From Vitrella brassicaformis CCMP3155 (Eukaryota > Protista > Chromerida), in the NCBI GenBank assembly GCA_001179505.1, contig CDMY01000764.1, positions 1-23,036 of the forward strand: a stretch of DNA of 23,036 bases, given 5' to 3'. The position numbers and the translations under genes are program-made. Below are positions 20,477 to 23,036 of this stretch, one piece after another; the first letter of the stretch is position 1, and every line of letters begins with the position of its first letter. The notes below the pieces were generated by a model, which saw only the letters and a list, made by a program, of their open reading frames with translations, did no database searches and was not told where the DNA came from.

Positions 20477-21571
20477 ATGGCCGACACTGAGAGCACTTCG
20501 ACCAGCGACATGGACGTCCCTCCCCGACCCATCTCTGATGATCTCTCTCAGCTGTACCACCAGCTTTACGGCGGCTCGGCATTCGGCACCGCCCTCGCCA
20601 AGTGGGCGGATGAGATGCCACAGCATCCCGCCGTCACGCGGCTCGACGGCAATGGGGAGCCGGCCGATGTGTTGACATACAGTGAGCTCTTCAGGAGGGT
20701 GCAGCGGCTCGGGGCGTTTCTGACAGAGGAGCTCGGCCTGGCGGTGGGCGATCGAGTCATCCTGTGCTACCCACCAGGCACCAACTTCATCATCGCCTTC
20801 CTCGCATGCCTCTACACGGGCGTCGTTGCGGTGCCTGTGTATCCCCCCGCCCCCAACAAGGCAGACATCGATGTGCCGCGCTTCTGCGACATCGCCGAGA
20901 GCACCGAGGTGCGCTACTCGCTCACCAACACCTTCTGCCAGAGGATCGCCCGCGTTGTGGGCCTTTATGCCAAGGACAACAGATGGAGATCCATCGAGTG
21001 GATCCTTACCAGCGACGCATTTAAGCGACGGCCGCAGACGACAAGGACTATGACGGCAAGCCCGAGGCGTGCTTTCCCCCCCGTCCATCGGCCTGAGTGA
21101 CATTGCCTTTTTGCAATTCACATCGGGGTCGACAGCGGCGCCCAAGGGGGTGATTGTGACGCACGGGTCGCTGCTGCACAACGTCCATTGCAGCCTACGG
21201 CTGTGACAGCAAGATCGACGACCCAACCATTCCCAACATCACAGTGACGGGCCAGCCGTACACCAGGACGCGTGAGATCCTGATGCAGCGTCACAAGATC
21301 AGCGAGCGGGTGCGAGGCCACCGGCTGCGGCTCTTCTCCTGGCTCCCCGTCTGCCACGACATGGGGCTCATCGGCTTCCTCTGCACGCCCATCTTCTTCG
21401 GATGTGAGATCTTCCAGATGTCACCGCTCGACTTCATCAGGAAACCCTACCTCTGGCTGCAAGGTGCCTGTCTGCCCGAGTCTCGAGCTGATCGCCGAAT
21501 GGTGCTTGAATGCATGCCTTTTGGTGTGTGCGTGTCGTTCGCCTTCATGCAGGCATGAGTCGCTACAAGGC
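20477..21571 (+). pseudogene. Fatty acyl-AMP ligase (FAAL-type adenylation domain), N-terminal part only, frameshifted and truncated
   Basis: LTYSELFRRV, GDRVILCYPPGTNFIIAFLACLYTGVVAVPVYPP, the A3 P-loop [28 protein letters not shown] (frame changes at or before the C7 run 21076-21082), a further shift near 21190, then the FAAL-typical FSWLPVCHDMGLIG and SPLDFIRKPYLWLQ. Intron 21464-21552 is followed by the mini-exon GMSRYKA. No later adenylation motifs are found before the satellite. Confidence 0.9.
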
Positions 21572-21804
21572 GTGTGCGCTGATGGAGAAGGAGGGATGGA
21601 AGGGTCGGGGGTTGGGTCATCTGTCTGGCTGAATCCGCTCGCGTTTGTCGATTGCTCTCGTGCGTGCTACTAGCTATTGTTTGCGTGGGTTGTCATGATG
21701 GGGCGGGGATCGATTCCTCACCCTAGATTGGCGTGTTATCGGGCGGACTGATTCGTGTATGATTCGGACATAGAGATGATTGTTACGGTGAATGAAGGTT
21801 GACC

Positions 21805-22292
21805 TGTACACACTCTCCAGGTCGACGCGTGTATGCGCAGGTGTGCGCACAGAGACACCATCGTATATACACTCCAAGTCCAAACGTGCATGCGCAGGTG
21901 TGCGCACAGGGACATTCATTGTATACACACACTTCAAGTCTAAACGTGCATGCACAGGTGTGCGCACAGGGACATTCATCATATGCACATTATCATATAG
22001 ACACAGTCCTCCAAGTCGACGCGTGCATGCGCGGTGTGCGCACAGAGACACCCATCAACCATACACACTCCAAGTCCAAATATGCAGGCGCAGGTGTGCG
22101 CAGGTGTGCGCACCGAAAGATTCGGTGTGCGCACAGACACGTTCGTCATATACACCCACTCTTTCCAAGTCGACGCGTGTATGCGCAGGTGTGCGCACCG
22201 AGGCATTCGGTGTGCGCACGGAGACATTCATCATATACACCCACTCCTCCAAGTCAACGCGTGCATGCGCAGGTGTGCGCACAAAGATATTC
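21805..22292 (+). repeat. Second array of the 60-bp satellite, about 8 units
   Basis: Units such as CTCCAAGTCCAAACGTGCATGCGCAGGTGTGCGCACAGGGACATTCAT, in the same orientation as 508-1500. Several units carry the variant GTCGACGCGTG in place of GTCCAAACGTG. Confidence 0.95.
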
Positions 22293-23036
22293 CCCAGATG
22301 GCGTGAATGTTGAAGTACGCCGTTGCTGTGTGTTTGTCGTTTGTTCCTTGAAATTTGTCAGCTTGCTCTGACGCATTCATGTCCACCAGCAGACTCCGTC
22401 TTCACCTTCATTGTGCATACATGTACATCAGCCGCGCGAGGGGGTGGGTGCTTGGCGGGGGTTTTCGCTAGCCGCAGCCATTGTATTTCTTTCGTCCATG
22501 CCTCAATCATGTCATCACAGCGATTCATACGTGTCTCTGAGCCGGAGAGAGTCTTCGCGTGTGATGTGTGTATGTGTGTGTGTGCGCGAGAGCATGGGCG
22601 GGCAGATAAGACAGGTTGATATTATGATGACATACATCGAAAGGGAGAGACATTGACACTTGGACACTGAAAGCTAATGCGAAACGTCGACGTCAATTAG
22701 TCAATGTCTGATGAACAAAGCCATCATGCATTGTTGAACGCATGATCGATGACCGGGCCGTCACCCTATGCATCCACACATGTACACATGCAGGTGGTCA
22801 CGTGCATCCATGCATCCACCATCAAGAATCTCTGCATGTCTCATGCAGTCGGTGTTCTATATATGCGTGCGATCGATGCATCCAAGAAAGGCAAACATCA
22901 CACCCACATCATCCATGCATTCGCCTTGTTTCTTGACCGAGCACGTCATACAAAATACATCTATAAACGCCACCCACCTACCTCGCGTCCGTGGTCGAAT
23001 ATGGCGTTGACGAAGGCACTGCATGTGAGACTTGCA

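Noticed and set aside
20396-21226. 276-aa minus-strand ORF and other antisense ORFs (e.g. 14048-15100, 13600-14358, 16054-16503)
   Set aside because: These are shadow ORFs opposite GC-rich coding exons, with no motifs of their own.
206-23010. GTG/TTG starts and prokaryote-style single-ORF gene calls from the ORF track
   Set aside because: The DNA is spliced eukaryotic sequence. ORF boundaries mostly fall inside introns, so exon models were used instead.

Overview
This is eukaryotic, intron-rich, moderately GC-rich DNA. The short GT-AG introns often contain (TG)n/(CA)n tracts, and one lineage-specific gene family is present. Both suggest a chromerid alveolate such as Vitrella (inference, not proven). 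There are no RNA genes or CRISPR arrays, and one 300-N assembly gap (3044-3343). A ~60-bp hairpin-containing satellite forms arrays at both ends of the window (508-1500, 2336-2436, 21805-22292, same orientation). Between them lie eight closely packed, unrelated, spliced genes or gene fragments: an unknown Cys/N-glycan-rich protein, an unknown multi-exon gene, a MORN-repeat protein, a plant-type LRR protein with a tandemly duplicated exon module, a chromerid-type family gene, an RBL10-like rhomboid, a Helitron-type PIF1 helicase and a fatty acyl-AMP ligase. Every one carries at least one apparent disabling lesion (frameshift, nonsense codon, catalytic substitution or truncation). Several short segments are copied between distant loci in the window: a 161-163-bp inverted copy, a 42-bp FAAL exon/intron junction copied next to the rhomboid, and a 357-bp direct repeat. 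The most coherent reading is a satellite-bounded gene-fragment graveyard, possibly built by Helitron-type capture. That is a hypothesis: no Rep/HUH domain or element termini are visible.
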